Source: a virus (Duplodnaviria > Caudoviricetes). From it: a stretch of 64,000 bases of DNA. This document shows, piece by piece, positions 53,174-61,926 of this stretch. Position numbers and translations under genes: made by a program. The notes under the pieces were generated by a model that was given only the letters and a program-made list of their open reading frames with translations, was not told where the DNA came from and searched no databases. Within the stretch, counting starts at the first letter, position 1. The number at the start of each line of letters is the position of its first letter. The DNA is taken from positions 32,001 to 96,000 of IMG/VR virus record IMGVR_UViG_3300049988_000124, one strand, 5' to 3'.

Positions 53174-53938
53174 CTACCGATGACGCTTGTTGATGGGATG
53201 CACAGCCTTGCGCTGACGCTTGCGCTGCTTGCGCGTCTTTTCCTTGCAGAACATGTGACCAAACATCACGCCGATGATGGTCATGTCGTTGATCCAATAC
53301 GGGTAAGGCCGCATGCTCTCTGCGAAGTAGAAGGTCGCACCACCGGTCATGTCCTTGCTGATTCCAGCGAGGATTTCCCCGGCGATCTTGTCGGCCTTCA
53401 TGAACGCGATCCAGTCAGGATTATTCTCATCCATCGTGGGCAGCTTGGTCATGTGAAGCTTGTTGGGATCGTTCTTGTTGTGGCAGCTGAACTGCTTACG
53501 CTTGTAGCAAACGCCGTGAATGCCGAAGCCGAAGCGCTTCTTATCAGCCTTGACCCGGTTCATGATCACGTGACCCACAGCACGCATGCCGTTGGTACCG
53601 TAGCCACGCGCCTCACCCCAGATGGTGAGGGCCAGGTCCCGGCGATTACCCGGCGTGTCATAGGTGCGCTGAGCACGCAGACTGCGTGACTTCAGACGCG
53701 TCTTGTGCTTGGTCTTGGACCCTTTGGTCCGCTTCCGCCACTGATCCTGTGACCGCTTATAAGGCGGCTGTGCCCGCAGTAAACGCTGACGGTTACGAGG
53801 AGGAACAATCTGGGTACGACACGGATGATTGGTGTCGCACGCCTTCGCGAACGCTTCAGTGGAAATCAGAGCAACGGCTCCGACTGCGACGCCTGTCCCC
53901 ATGCGAGCAAGGAGCATACGGCGAGAAAGCATAGTCAT
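53174..53938 (-). CDS. SleB/Hydrolase_2 cell-wall hydrolase with a twin-arginine signal peptide
   Basis: LSRRMLL Tat motif and AFA cleavage site; LALTIWGEARG (catalytic E), AVGHVIMNRV, QFSC and GGATFYF. Confidence 0.88.
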   Translation of the reverse strand: MTMLSRRMLLARMGTGVAVGAVALISTEAFAKACDTNHPCRTQIVPPRNRQRLLRAQPPYKRSQDQWRKRTKGSKTKHKTRLKSRSLRAQRTYDTPGNRRDLALTIWGEARGYGTNGMRAVGHVIMNRVKADKKRFGFGIHGVCYKRKQFSCHNKNDPNKLHMTKLPTMDENNPDWIAFMKADKIAGEILAGISKDMTGGATFYFAESMRPYPYWINDMTIIGVMFGHMFCKEKTRKQRKRQRKAVHPINKRHR

Positions 53939-53999
53939 GTGTAAAAACCCTTTGGTATAGGCGTCGATGTAGATAGTCGACGCAGATTGGAACGAGCGC

Positions 54000-54308
54000 T
54001 TACTTGCGCTTCTTTTCCTTCAGTTCGAGATCGTAACCGTAGACCCGGAGGATCTCGCCGAGGTCCTTGATTCTGATGTCGGCATCGTCCGCGAAGAAGC
54101 GCTTGACCTTCTTCTTGGACCAGCCCATCTTGACAGCGAAGTGCTTGCGCTGTACTTTGAACAGGCGACGCGTCTGCTTGGGATCGGTTTCCTCGCACTC
54201 GCGAGGATTACCGTGCGCTTGATTGAGCACCTTCTGGACGAGCACTTGTGCATCGACCAAGGCGGTCTCACGAGCGTAGAGACGCTGGTCAATAGGGAAT
54301 TCAGTCAT
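54000..54308 (-). CDS. XRE-type HTH protein
   Basis: RKHFAVKMGWSKKKVKRFF...IRIKDLGEILRVYGYDLEL. Confidence 0.65.
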   Translation of the reverse strand: MTEFPIDQRLYARETALVDAQVLVQKVLNQAHGNPRECEETDPKQTRRLFKVQRKHFAVKMGWSKKKVKRFFADDADIRIKDLGEILRVYGYDLELKEKKRK

Positions 54309-54321
54309 GGCGGAAATACCC

Positions 54322-54852
54322 TTACGAGAACAGATCGAGCTCGAGGCTGACCGGTTTGTCGGTGATGATCACGGTTGCTCCGCGATCTACGATTGCGTAG
54401 AGCTTCTCGGCGAAAGCATGGGGGAGATGGACACAGCCATGGCTGGTCGTGCGACCAGGCGTCGAGCCGCTGTGAAGAGCAACACCGTCGTTGTTGATCC
54501 ACATCGTCCAGGGCATGTCAGCCTTGTACTTCTTGGACCAGTGATTGTCTTCCTTGCCCAGGATGGTGAAACGCCCGGTCGGGGTCTCATAGCCGTCCTT
54601 GCCCGAGGAGATGTTGGTGATGCCGACCAGGATGTTGCCACGCATGACGTAGGCCATCTGGGTTAGGAGATTGATGCGCACGGTGACCTTACCGGTGAGA
54701 CCGGCATCATCGTCCCAGCCGAAATCACCGGGAGCCAGGATCGAGCGCTCGTGGAGCGTGCCCATCATGTCCTCGGAGACCGGACGGGCAGATGCCACCG
54801 TCGCGGTGAGCGACAGGGCAATGGTAGCGGCAATGGCGAAAAACTTGTTCAT
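54322..54852 (-). CDS. L,D-transpeptidase (YkuD family), secreted
   Basis: Sec signal peptide; ISSGK.G..TPTG.F; ALH...SHGCVHL (HxxxxSHGC catalytic motif). Confidence 0.92.
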   Translation of the reverse strand: MNKFFAIAATIALSLTATVASARPVSEDMMGTLHERSILAPGDFGWDDDAGLTGKVTVRINLLTQMAYVMRGNILVGITNISSGKDGYETPTGRFTILGKEDNHWSKKYKADMPWTMWINNDGVALHSGSTPGRTTSHGCVHLPHAFAEKLYAIVDRGATVIITDKPVSLELDLFS

Positions 54853-54939
54853 AGGAAAACCCTTTCTAGGTTATTAATGATTTACAAAGGTGGTAACCCC
54901 AGGGCCTTAAGCCCTGAGGGTACCGGATGAGTGATGATG

Positions 54940-55389
54940 TTAATACATCCGCTCGACGCGGACACGAAAGCGAGTACCACTGTGATCTTCCAGAACGAAT
55001 GAAGGACACGGTCCCTCGCTCTTGAAGACTTGGTAATGCTCACTGGTCTGCGGATTGGTGTTGATGACATTCGCGATTCGCTCCGCGAGCGCGCTTGTCT
55101 CAGGGTTGGGGGTGTCGTCGTTCCTGACAGCTGGAGGCGTGAGTGTCTTGGGAATACCAAGTGCATCACACAACTCACTAGCAGAGCGGTACCCGACACC
55201 AGGAGTGCGCATGAGCTCACGCCAGGTGAGTCGTTGTTCTTCGTCCTGAATCGGATAGCGAAGGATGGCGGTGTTGATACGGCGACACGTGGTACCCGAC
55301 AGCGTCACCAGACGATCAGGTGTGACCCCGATCGTCTTGGCTAGTCTTGCACGCTTCTGCGCATCATTCTCTTTGGGATGAAGGCTCAT
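54940..55389 (-). CDS. Hypothetical protein (possible RNAP-alpha CTD/HhH-like segment)
   Basis: TLSGTTCRRIN...LTWRELMRTPGVGYRSASEL resembles the alpha-CTD pattern (L..L..ELL..PNLG.KS..EI). Confidence 0.45.
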   Translation of the reverse strand: MSLHPKENDAQKRARLAKTIGVTPDRLVTLSGTTCRRINTAILRYPIQDEEQRLTWRELMRTPGVGYRSASELCDALGIPKTLTPPAVRNDDTPNPETSALAERIANVINTNPQTSEHYQVFKSEGPCPSFVLEDHSGTRFRVRVERMY

Positions 55390-55820
55390 CGTGAAACCTT
55401 CTTGGTCAGTCGATCATCTACCCAGAGTTGGAGAGCGAGCAAGACGCCGATGAGTGCCCCCGTGAATGCTGCAACGATCGTCAAGACACCGAATGCCAGC
55501 ATGGCTTGTCCAGCGCTCATGTCAGCGAACATCCATTTACCCGGTTGTACCACGAAAGTGAAGATCAGCCACATGAAGAGGCCAACAACAGCACCGACCG
55601 ATCCGTAACTCCACTGAATCTCAGACTTCGACACTGCCGTTGTTTGTTTCCTAGTCAGTGCCTTTCTGACCTGTTCCTCGGCGTAATTCTCCATGGCCGG
55701 AAGAACCATGCCAGGAGAAAGATAACATTCTAGATCATGAGTCTTGTCCATGATCTTACCGGTGTTCATCATGTCCTGAAGGACATAACGGGCTTCTTCG
55801 TGAGAAATCTTCTCAGGCAT
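55386..55820 (-). CDS. Membrane protein (two TM helices)
   Basis: Two hydrophobic segments in the C-terminal half; GAGGA RBS. Confidence 0.65.
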   Translation of the reverse strand: MPEKISHEEARYVLQDMMNTGKIMDKTHDLECYLSPGMVLPAMENYAEEQVRKALTRKQTTAVSKSEIQWSYGSVGAVVGLFMWLIFTFVVQPGKWMFADMSAGQAMLAFGVLTIVAAFTGALIGVLLALQLWVDDRLTKKVSR

Positions 55821-55832
55821 TGAAATATCCTC

Positions 55833-56495
55833 TCATTGATCATAGGCAAAAGCAAACGAGTCCCAGAAGTAAGAACGCTCTTCTCCCTTGACTGGTTTCC
55901 ATTCGCCCTTGGGAAGTTTACCGAAGTGCTTCTCTGCTTCTTCCTGAGCTTCAGCGCGATAGGATCTGATAACCGCGAACTCAACTTTCCACTGTCCCTC
56001 GACACGAAATCGAAATTCGACAGGATCAGGAGCCGACAGATCATCGGGCTCACCTACCGGAGAAAGTACGCCTCCTTTGCTAACTTTCTGGAGGCCGTAG
56101 TTGCTGTTACTCCCACTTCCGTAGGTTCCTCCTACTTCGTGTACGATCTCACCGGTGTAGAGATCAACCACGTGCCACCAGTGAAATGCGTCATAATTCT
56201 CTTTGTATTCTTCGGTTAGTTCGACACCGATTTCGATTGCTCGTTCCTGGGTGTCGGCACTACCGACTAGATCATTGAAGCCACCACGGGAGTAGTAATT
56301 GGCTCCACCCAAAATAGCAAAACGCTTCATGGGACGCTCGCGGTCGATGAGACCTTTGTGAGCGAGGATGGCAGCAATCCCGGCGCGTTGACTGTACTCA
56401 CTGCGATTACCAGCCACGGCGATGAGTGAAGCCTGAGCGCGTTTGCGCTCAGGATCAGTCTCGATAGGTTTGGGGTTGAGGTTGAAGTCAGTCAT
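55833..56495 (-). CDS. Conserved-type phage hypothetical protein
   Basis: FAILGGANYYSRGGFND...WWHVVD pattern; GGAGG RBS. Confidence 0.6.
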   Translation of the reverse strand: MTDFNLNPKPIETDPERKRAQASLIAVAGNRSEYSQRAGIAAILAHKGLIDRERPMKRFAILGGANYYSRGGFNDLVGSADTQERAIEIGVELTEEYKENYDAFHWWHVVDLYTGEIVHEVGGTYGSGSNSNYGLQKVSKGGVLSPVGEPDDLSAPDPVEFRFRVEGQWKVEFAVIRSYRAEAQEEAEKHFGKLPKGEWKPVKGEERSYFWDSFAFAYDQ

Positions 56496-56540
56496 AGCTA
56501 GTGACCTCCGAAGATGTGGGATGAGGTAGTTATTCTTTAA

Positions 56541-57134
56541 TCAATACTGGCAAGTGTGCTCAATCGTCGTGATCCGGTCGAACTCGAAGGGACCAGGACG
56601 CTCGAAACGCTTGGTCATGTTACCAACAACCAACCGCGAGAAAGGACGACCCGTCTCATCGAAGCGCGCTTGGAGGCGCTCGTAGAGAAGGTTCATGGGG
56701 CATGTGAAAATAAGACCGATCTTCTGGTACGTGTCAGGCAAGCGCAAGAGGAGATCACTGCGATCATCCTCGGTCAGGTTGTGGCGATCGATGATGATGT
56801 CGCGGCGCACGCCGAGGGCTGCACTAAAGAGTTCCTGACTCATGCGCTGCTGCTCCTCGCGGTCGACGCGCTCGACGACCTCGGCGTAGCTCTCACCAGT
56901 GCGACGACATTCCTGATCGATCAGGTCATCCTCGCAAATAAGGGTGGGATAGACGCCCTTCCATTTACGAAGAGCAGAGCTTACCCAGCGGGACTTACCA
57001 GAACCAGGCAGTCCCATGAGAACGTAGCAGCGATTGGTGAAGCGACCATCGGTCTCCACCGGGGTGGGATCAGCGCGCGGTGCTTCAATAATCTTGTTAA
57101 CCGGACGCCGGAGCGTCAGTGTACCTTTACTCAT
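56541..57134 (-). CDS. P-loop kinase (AAA_33 / polynucleotide-kinase-like)
   Basis: YVLMGLPGSGKS, IIIDRHNL....R and lid LYERLQAR. Confidence 0.8.
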   Translation of the reverse strand: MSKGTLTLRRPVNKIIEAPRADPTPVETDGRFTNRCYVLMGLPGSGKSRWVSSALRKWKGVYPTLICEDDLIDQECRRTGESYAEVVERVDREEQQRMSQELFSAALGVRRDIIIDRHNLTEDDRSDLLLRLPDTYQKIGLIFTCPMNLLYERLQARFDETGRPFSRLVVGNMTKRFERPGPFEFDRITTIEHTCQY

Positions 57135-57262
57135 GGCGTGTTACTCCTTCTGTAGAATGGTTAACAAACATGTTAAATTATACTTGGTACATTCTAGCAT
57201 CAAGTATGATCAAATATGTCTGCACGGGGAGACTAGGGGTGCTTGACTGCACCCCTAGTAAC

Positions 57263-57787
57263 TTAGACCTTGATGATGTCCCGTTGACGTGGAACCTCGA
57301 GCACCGGCACGGGGTCAAGAGAAGAGACGTCCAGCGGCTGGAGGTGGAGGTCGATGATCGCATTTTCACTATGGCGGGTCACCTCCACGAGGAGGAGCTG
57401 CCAGTAGAAGCGCCACATGTACTGCACGTCCTGGACGTGCTTGCTGTGAAGATCGGCCCGGTCAAGAATTGATTTCACGATGACATCATTGTGACGAGCT
57501 CGCAGTACCCACTTACCACCGGCTCTCTCGCCCAAGTAGGACTCGGGTCCGTGGAGCCAGTAGTTATTACCCCAGTCAGTGAAGCACTGATCCTTGGCGT
57601 TCCAGTGGACTTCCTTGTCGCCCGAGGAACCGTCGGGAAACGTGAGGGTGATGTGGGAGCCGATCGCGAGGCGGTGCTGTGCGGCCCAGAGAATGTCTTT
57701 CTTGGCCCCCATTGCTTCGATCGAGTATGCGCCGGTCTTACCGTGCGCTTCCGAGTAGCGCATCGTAGCTGCGGTGATGCTCTTCAT
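57263..57787 (-). CDS. Hypothetical early protein
   Basis: 174 aa with GGAG RBS; TATATTAC 58 nt upstream. Confidence 0.6.
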   Translation of the reverse strand: MKSITAATMRYSEAHGKTGAYSIEAMGAKKDILWAAQHRLAIGSHITLTFPDGSSGDKEVHWNAKDQCFTDWGNNYWLHGPESYLGERAGGKWVLRARHNDVIVKSILDRADLHSKHVQDVQYMWRFYWQLLLVEVTRHSENAIIDLHLQPLDVSSLDPVPVLEVPRQRDIIKV

Positions 57788-57844
57788 GATAGTTCTCCTT
57801 GGAAAAACAAAGATAATAAGGAAGGTAGACTCCCTATCACGTGA

Positions 57845-57852
57845 GTAATATA
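57845..57852 (-). promoter_or_regulatory. Early promoter motif TATATTAC
   Basis: Exact intergenic match. Confidence 0.7.
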
Positions 57853-57870
57853 TCGACCAATCTAGATGAA

Positions 57871-58263
57871 CTAGCCACCGTAATCGACAGCAACGATACG
57901 ACCATCCAAGAGACCAAAGCTATCGGCTTTCATCTCGATAGGTAGACCTTGTCGAAACTCAAGTACATCTAAGTTCTTGAACAGATCAAGAGGCAGCGGT
58001 TCTGCTCGTCTCGCAATTAGCACCGATCCGTCTTTCTTTGACCACAACACTGGACAAAGCTTGTCGGGATGAAGAACAGAAAGCCGCGCTTCTGTGAGGT
58101 TAGCTCGTCTACCGTGATTATTCTTCAGAAGAACACCGTCATCGGGTCTGGCTATCTTTACTACCGTGTGTTCCAGCAAGATCACTATTCTGGTAAGACC
58201 AGAGGTGATCCGGCGTGGTTTGAACTCAGGTTGCATCAGCGAGGTGACGAGTGACGACGTCAA
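57871..58263 (-). CDS. Minimal kinase-like-fold protein (degenerate)
   Basis: SGLTRIV...VVKI...ANLTE ... EMKADSFG...IVAVDYG resembles the kinase VAxK / E / HxDxxxxN / DFG order. Confidence 0.45.
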   Translation of the reverse strand: MTSSLVTSLMQPEFKPRRITSGLTRIVILLEHTVVKIARPDDGVLLKNNHGRRANLTEARLSVLHPDKLCPVLWSKKDGSVLIARRAEPLPLDLFKNLDVLEFRQGLPIEMKADSFGLLDGRIVAVDYGG

Positions 58264-58597
58264 CCGCTTTCAGCGCACCCCTCGATGTAGGAGTGACCAT
58301 GGTGGGTTGTCCAGCCATATACGCCTTGGCGGATAGGACATTGATCACCCACCCGATCTGCTGCTCCCGCATACTGAAATAGGGAAGTCGGTCATCTTGA
58401 TCCATGCGAAGATCGTTGGTGATGGACTTGGCTTTGAAGAAGAGTTCCTCGAGCTCAGCGTCTGACTTACCTCGACATTCCTCGAAGCCTTTCAGTCCAC
58501 CTTCTTTCTTCAGCTGTTGATCAGGTCTGGTATACGTGTCGTTGATTTCCTTGATGCCGTCATCAATGACAGCGGTGAGAAAGATTACGCGGTCCAT
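58226..58597 (-). CDS. Hypothetical protein
   Basis: 123 aa with GAGGA RBS. Confidence 0.6.
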   Translation of the reverse strand: MDRVIFLTAVIDDGIKEINDTYTRPDQQLKKEGGLKGFEECRGKSDAELEELFFKAKSITNDLRMDQDDRLPYFSMREQQIGWVINVLSAKAYMAGQPTMVTPTSRGALKAVDVVTRHLADAT

Positions 58598-58640
58598 CTC
58601 TAAGCTATCCTCTCTCTTGTTGAAAAAAACGGTGACAAAG

Positions 58641-58668
58641 TAGGTAGGTCGGAATTCCGACCTACCTA
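58641..58668. repeat. Perfect 28-bp palindrome
   Basis: TAGGTAGGTCGGAA|TTCCGACCTACCTA, followed 11 nt later by a second hairpin at 58680-58703 (GGTCCCTTG-GAATTT-CAAGGGACC). Confidence 0.85.
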
Positions 58669-58715
58669 TAACAAGCTAGGGTCCCTTGGAATTTCAAGGG
58701 ACCTAAGTGTTACCA

Positions 58716-60065
58716 TCAGGCAGCTTTCTTCATTCGTCCTGCCTCATATGCATCTTCAGCATCGAACAATCGCTGAAGATCAGCATCTTGCTCGCGCTGT
58801 GTCATCTTGGCTAGTCGCCACGCCCTCATCCTGGCAGCTTTCTCTTTCTTCTCCGATTCAGTGAGGGGCTTGTACTTCTTGCGCGTTTCTGGATCACGCG
58901 GTTTACGAGGAACGTAGATCTTCTCCAGTTCCTTCATCTCAGGGCGACGACGCAGGATCAGAACAGAAACTGGTCCAGCGCAATACTTCTTACCCGTCCG
59001 CTCGAACAGCAAGCGACCGCACTCACCGTACGTCCACTTGACTGGATCACTACGGCGAAGCTCAATGATCTCGTCGATGAGCTCATCGGGAAGATCTGAC
59101 TTCCACTTACGCTTGGTCTTGGTCGGCGCACGCCCCTTGGGAGCACTACGCGCATCAGCATCAGTGATCGGCGCTACCTGATCGTTGAGCCGACGAAACG
59201 TAATACCCTTAGCAGCGTAGGCGACACTCGATGGTGCGACCCGGTATTCCTTAGCAAGCTTCACCCAGTCCTTGATACCCGATGCCCGAACCCGACGCCT
59301 AATCTCTAGGACCTGCTCGTCAGTGAGAAGCTGGGGCCTACCGGGCCTAGCTGCCTGCTTGGCTGCGGTACGCTTCTTTCGCTCACCGTGGCGTGCATCA
59401 ATGAGATCAGCGCACCACGCAGCAACGCGTTCGTTGGAGATCTTCATCTTCTTGGAGATATCGTGGGTGGTGACCCCACCGGCAGCGTAGAGAGTGCGAG
59501 CCTGCTGGCGAAGCTTTTTGTTACTCTCCTCTCGCTCTTGGTTCCTCACCTGAATAAGATCAGACAACCACCGAGAAACAGAAGCACTCGACACCGGCCT
59601 TCCTGCCTTAGCCATCGTCTTCTTGATAAGGCGACAGCCAATCTTCTTCTCGGTATAGAGTCGCCGAACCTCCAAGCGCTCACTGTCTTTCTTGATGTCC
59701 AAACAAACAGGAGCTGCTTTTGAATTCAGGTGAGTGTGCGTAATACCCCGCAGTGCTTTACGAAGGGTGACATCACTCAGCTGGAGCTTGGCCATGTACT
59801 TCTTGATGTCCACCGCTTGGGACTTGGCTACCTCTAGGCGCATCTCTACGATTCCCTGGTCGATCTCCGCTGTTCGCGCATCTGCCTTCTGCCTATTTAA
59901 CGCAATGAGGTCAGGGCACCAGGCTCGTATCGTAGTTTTGGGGATACCTGTTCGCTGGCTGGTCACCACGACGTTACCGGTCTCTATGAGGACCGAACGC
60001 ACTTCCTCCAGCCTGTCGTCCATTCTACTCATATCCACAACTCCCTCGAGTTTACGCAAACGCAC
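58716..60065 (-). CDS. Basic protein with multiple tandem HTH-like domains
   Basis: Repeated HTH-like units: VTSQRTGIPKTTIRAWC, VSSASVSRWL, ISKKMKISNERVAAWC, LTDEQVLEIRR...LAKEYRVAPSSV, LIDEIIELR. Lys/Arg-rich. Confidence 0.65.
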   Translation of the reverse strand: MRLRKLEGVVDMSRMDDRLEEVRSVLIETGNVVVTSQRTGIPKTTIRAWCPDLIALNRQKADARTAEIDQGIVEMRLEVAKSQAVDIKKYMAKLQLSDVTLRKALRGITHTHLNSKAAPVCLDIKKDSERLEVRRLYTEKKIGCRLIKKTMAKAGRPVSSASVSRWLSDLIQVRNQEREESNKKLRQQARTLYAAGGVTTHDISKKMKISNERVAAWCADLIDARHGERKKRTAAKQAARPGRPQLLTDEQVLEIRRRVRASGIKDWVKLAKEYRVAPSSVAYAAKGITFRRLNDQVAPITDADARSAPKGRAPTKTKRKWKSDLPDELIDEIIELRRSDPVKWTYGECGRLLFERTGKKYCAGPVSVLILRRRPEMKELEKIYVPRKPRDPETRKKYKPLTESEKKEKAARMRAWRLAKMTQREQDADLQRLFDAEDAYEAGRMKKAA

Positions 60066-60153
60066 CGGGCCATTTTGTTCTCAGGTCTCCGATGTGTTCT
60101 CGTGCGTGTGTTTTAACTAACTCTTCTTTTGTCTTTGTGGCCAAAGTAGCTAG

Positions 60154-60614
60154 CTACTTGCGATTGGGTACCATCTCTTTAACTCGCACTTCCTTCGCGG
60201 AAGAGGGAGGAATAATCTTGATGTCTATCGCGTAGAACACCACTAGGTTCGCCACGCTCCTAAATGCCGAGACGTAGCTCATGGTGTTACCAAAAACAAT
60301 GATGTTCTTGATATCGATGATCAACAAGATGTAGAACACTATCCTCATGTAAAAAGACAGGTTGCTTCCACCGCGCCATGTCTTGCCTGTTTTGTATTGA
60401 TAAACGGCAAACAGGATGGAAGCGCCAGTCAGAATGAACAACATGGTCCACATCGGATCAGTGAAGCGCATGAAGCTCATGCCAACGAGGCATTGTAAAA
60501 TAAAGAAGTGATTGGCAAATGAAAATTGGTCAAGACCTGTTACTTGACAGGCTTTAACGATGGGCGGAAAGAACAGATGCTTTCCGATCCATCCATCAAT
60601 CTTTCTGATAATCA
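60154..60614 (-). CDS. Multi-pass membrane protein
   Basis: Several hydrophobic helices. Start reassigned to MIIRK near 60614 because the annotated upstream part spans a terminator hairpin. Confidence 0.6.
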
Positions 60615-60680
60615 TGATAGATCTTTTCCTATCCCACGCATGTGCATGGTATTTTAGTGAAATAAGACATAATTTCAAAT

Positions 60681-60712
60681 CGTGAGAGAGGGGCGATTGC
60701 CCCTCTCTCACG
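60681..60712 (-). terminator. Hairpin terminator
   Basis: CGTGAGAGAGGGGC-GATT-GCCCCTCTCTCACG, 14-bp stem. Confidence 0.8.
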
Positions 60713-60718
60713 CATCTG

Positions 60719-60976
60719 TTAGATGAAACGAAGAGCGATGTTCACCACCGCGAGGATGACGAGCACGACGCCGAAACCGACCACGGTGCTCTGAAGGTTA
60801 TCAATCTTGCCGCGAACCTCGTCGATCTCCTGGGCAACCGCCTCGATACCAGCAGCGATCGTCGTCTGCTGCTTGGTAATGGTCGCCAGCGTCTGATCCC
60901 AGACCTCAACCTTCTTCTGAGGGATGATGACGTTGGCAGGAGGCGTGCGCTTGGTGGGTGCTGAATTGTCAGCCAT
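60719..60976 (-). CDS. Small coiled-coil protein with a C-terminal membrane anchor
   Basis: Heptad-like segment plus VVGFGVVLVILAVVNIAL; strong GC3 bias; GGAG RBS. Confidence 0.7.
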   Translation of the reverse strand: MADNSAPTKRTPPANVIIPQKKVEVWDQTLATITKQQTTIAAGIEAVAQEIDEVRGKIDNLQSTVVGFGVVLVILAVVNIALRFI

Positions 60977-61085
60977 GGGTATTCTCCGATGTTTAAACGT
61001 TGTTGTTCACATGTGACATGACCAGACGGATAAACAAAGTATCTGATCACATGATGTCGAAGTTAATATTGATTTTTTATTTCGA

Positions 61086-61424
61086 CTACTTTAGAGGATC
61101 ATAGCCCCAGTTCATCAGCGAATATCGCCACTTACTGTGCTCTTTGTCCTCCTTGGGCCCACCTTGCGCTGTGTGCCTTGCCACGTAGCTGACCGTGCGT
61201 TTCATCTGGTCAAAGTCGGCAGGAGTGTACTGCGACTTATTCTTGCGCAAGATAGCAGCGATGGCACGACCGGACTTGTGTCCGATCGACTCACCATTGT
61301 CACCCCGGCGTTGTCCGACCTTCTTGCTCTCGGGCGTCTTTAGAAACGCTTCAATTGCCCCAGCGGACATGTTAACCTTGCTGTGGAAATCCCGGATTAA
61401 TTGGTCGTTGTTGGTTTGCGGCAT
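61086..61424 (-). CDS. DUF3140-family protein
   Basis: VNMSA..IEAFL.T.ESK.VG...GESIGH.SGR...IL.K...M...V.Y..RH...KWRYSLMNWGYDP is the DUF3140 signature. Confidence 0.8.
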   Translation of the reverse strand: MPQTNNDQLIRDFHSKVNMSAGAIEAFLKTPESKKVGQRRGDNGESIGHKSGRAIAAILRKNKSQYTPADFDQMKRTVSYVARHTAQGGPKEDKEHSKWRYSLMNWGYDPLK

Positions 61425-61469
61425 AAGCCCTTTATCCTTCCTATGTCTCCATAGGAAAGACGCGGTGAC

Positions 61470-61673
61470 TTAATTGTTAGGTAACTTACTGACTTTGCAG
61501 CGGCTGATTGTCTCCGATGCATCATCAGCCATTGCTTGAAGAATATCAAGCGAACCGTTCAGGATCTTGGTGGTATGCTCTTTGTTCTCTGGTGAAACGG
61601 GCCAGACTTTAACGAGAAGATTAATGCACCACAGTGCGATGATCTTCCTGATTTCAATGATAAGGAGTTTCAT
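61470..61673 (-). CDS. Hypothetical protein
   Basis: 67 aa with GAGG RBS. Confidence 0.55.
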   Translation of the reverse strand: MKLLIIEIRKIIALWCINLLVKVWPVSPENKEHTTKILNGSLDILQAMADDASETISRCKVSKLPNN

Positions 61674-61926
61674 AACTACCTCTTGAGGAGTTTACCTGGG
61701 TGAACAGGATTAAGTGGATTGGTCGTTGACACCACCGTCTCCTTTCTTGATGATCCCACTGTTCAGCATGTCCTCGATCATCGCCAAGCGACTCTTGATT
61801 TCATGAACAGCGAAAGGACCAAAGACCTCAGGAACACATCCCTCGATAGTGAGGTAGTATTTGAGTGGTTGGTTAAGCGGTTTGTTTCGCCTGACCTCGA
61901 CTCTGCGCCCGAGCGTATTACTCAGA

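Noticed and set aside
53174-53938. SleB hydrolase as the endolysin of a lysis cassette
   Set aside because: It sits among early-type small ORFs with a Tat signal and no adjacent holin or spanin; a lytic role is not excluded but is not supported.
41092-57176. Possible CtrA boxes in phage intergenic DNA (41092-41107, 57161-57176, 51072-51084, 14651-14667)
   Set aside because: Half-site spacings are N8, N8, N5 and N9, not the TTAA-N7-TTAA consensus.
60615-60711. Annotated N-terminal part of ORF 60154-60711
   Set aside because: It spans a 14-bp terminator hairpin belonging to the upstream gene; the start is probably at about 60614.
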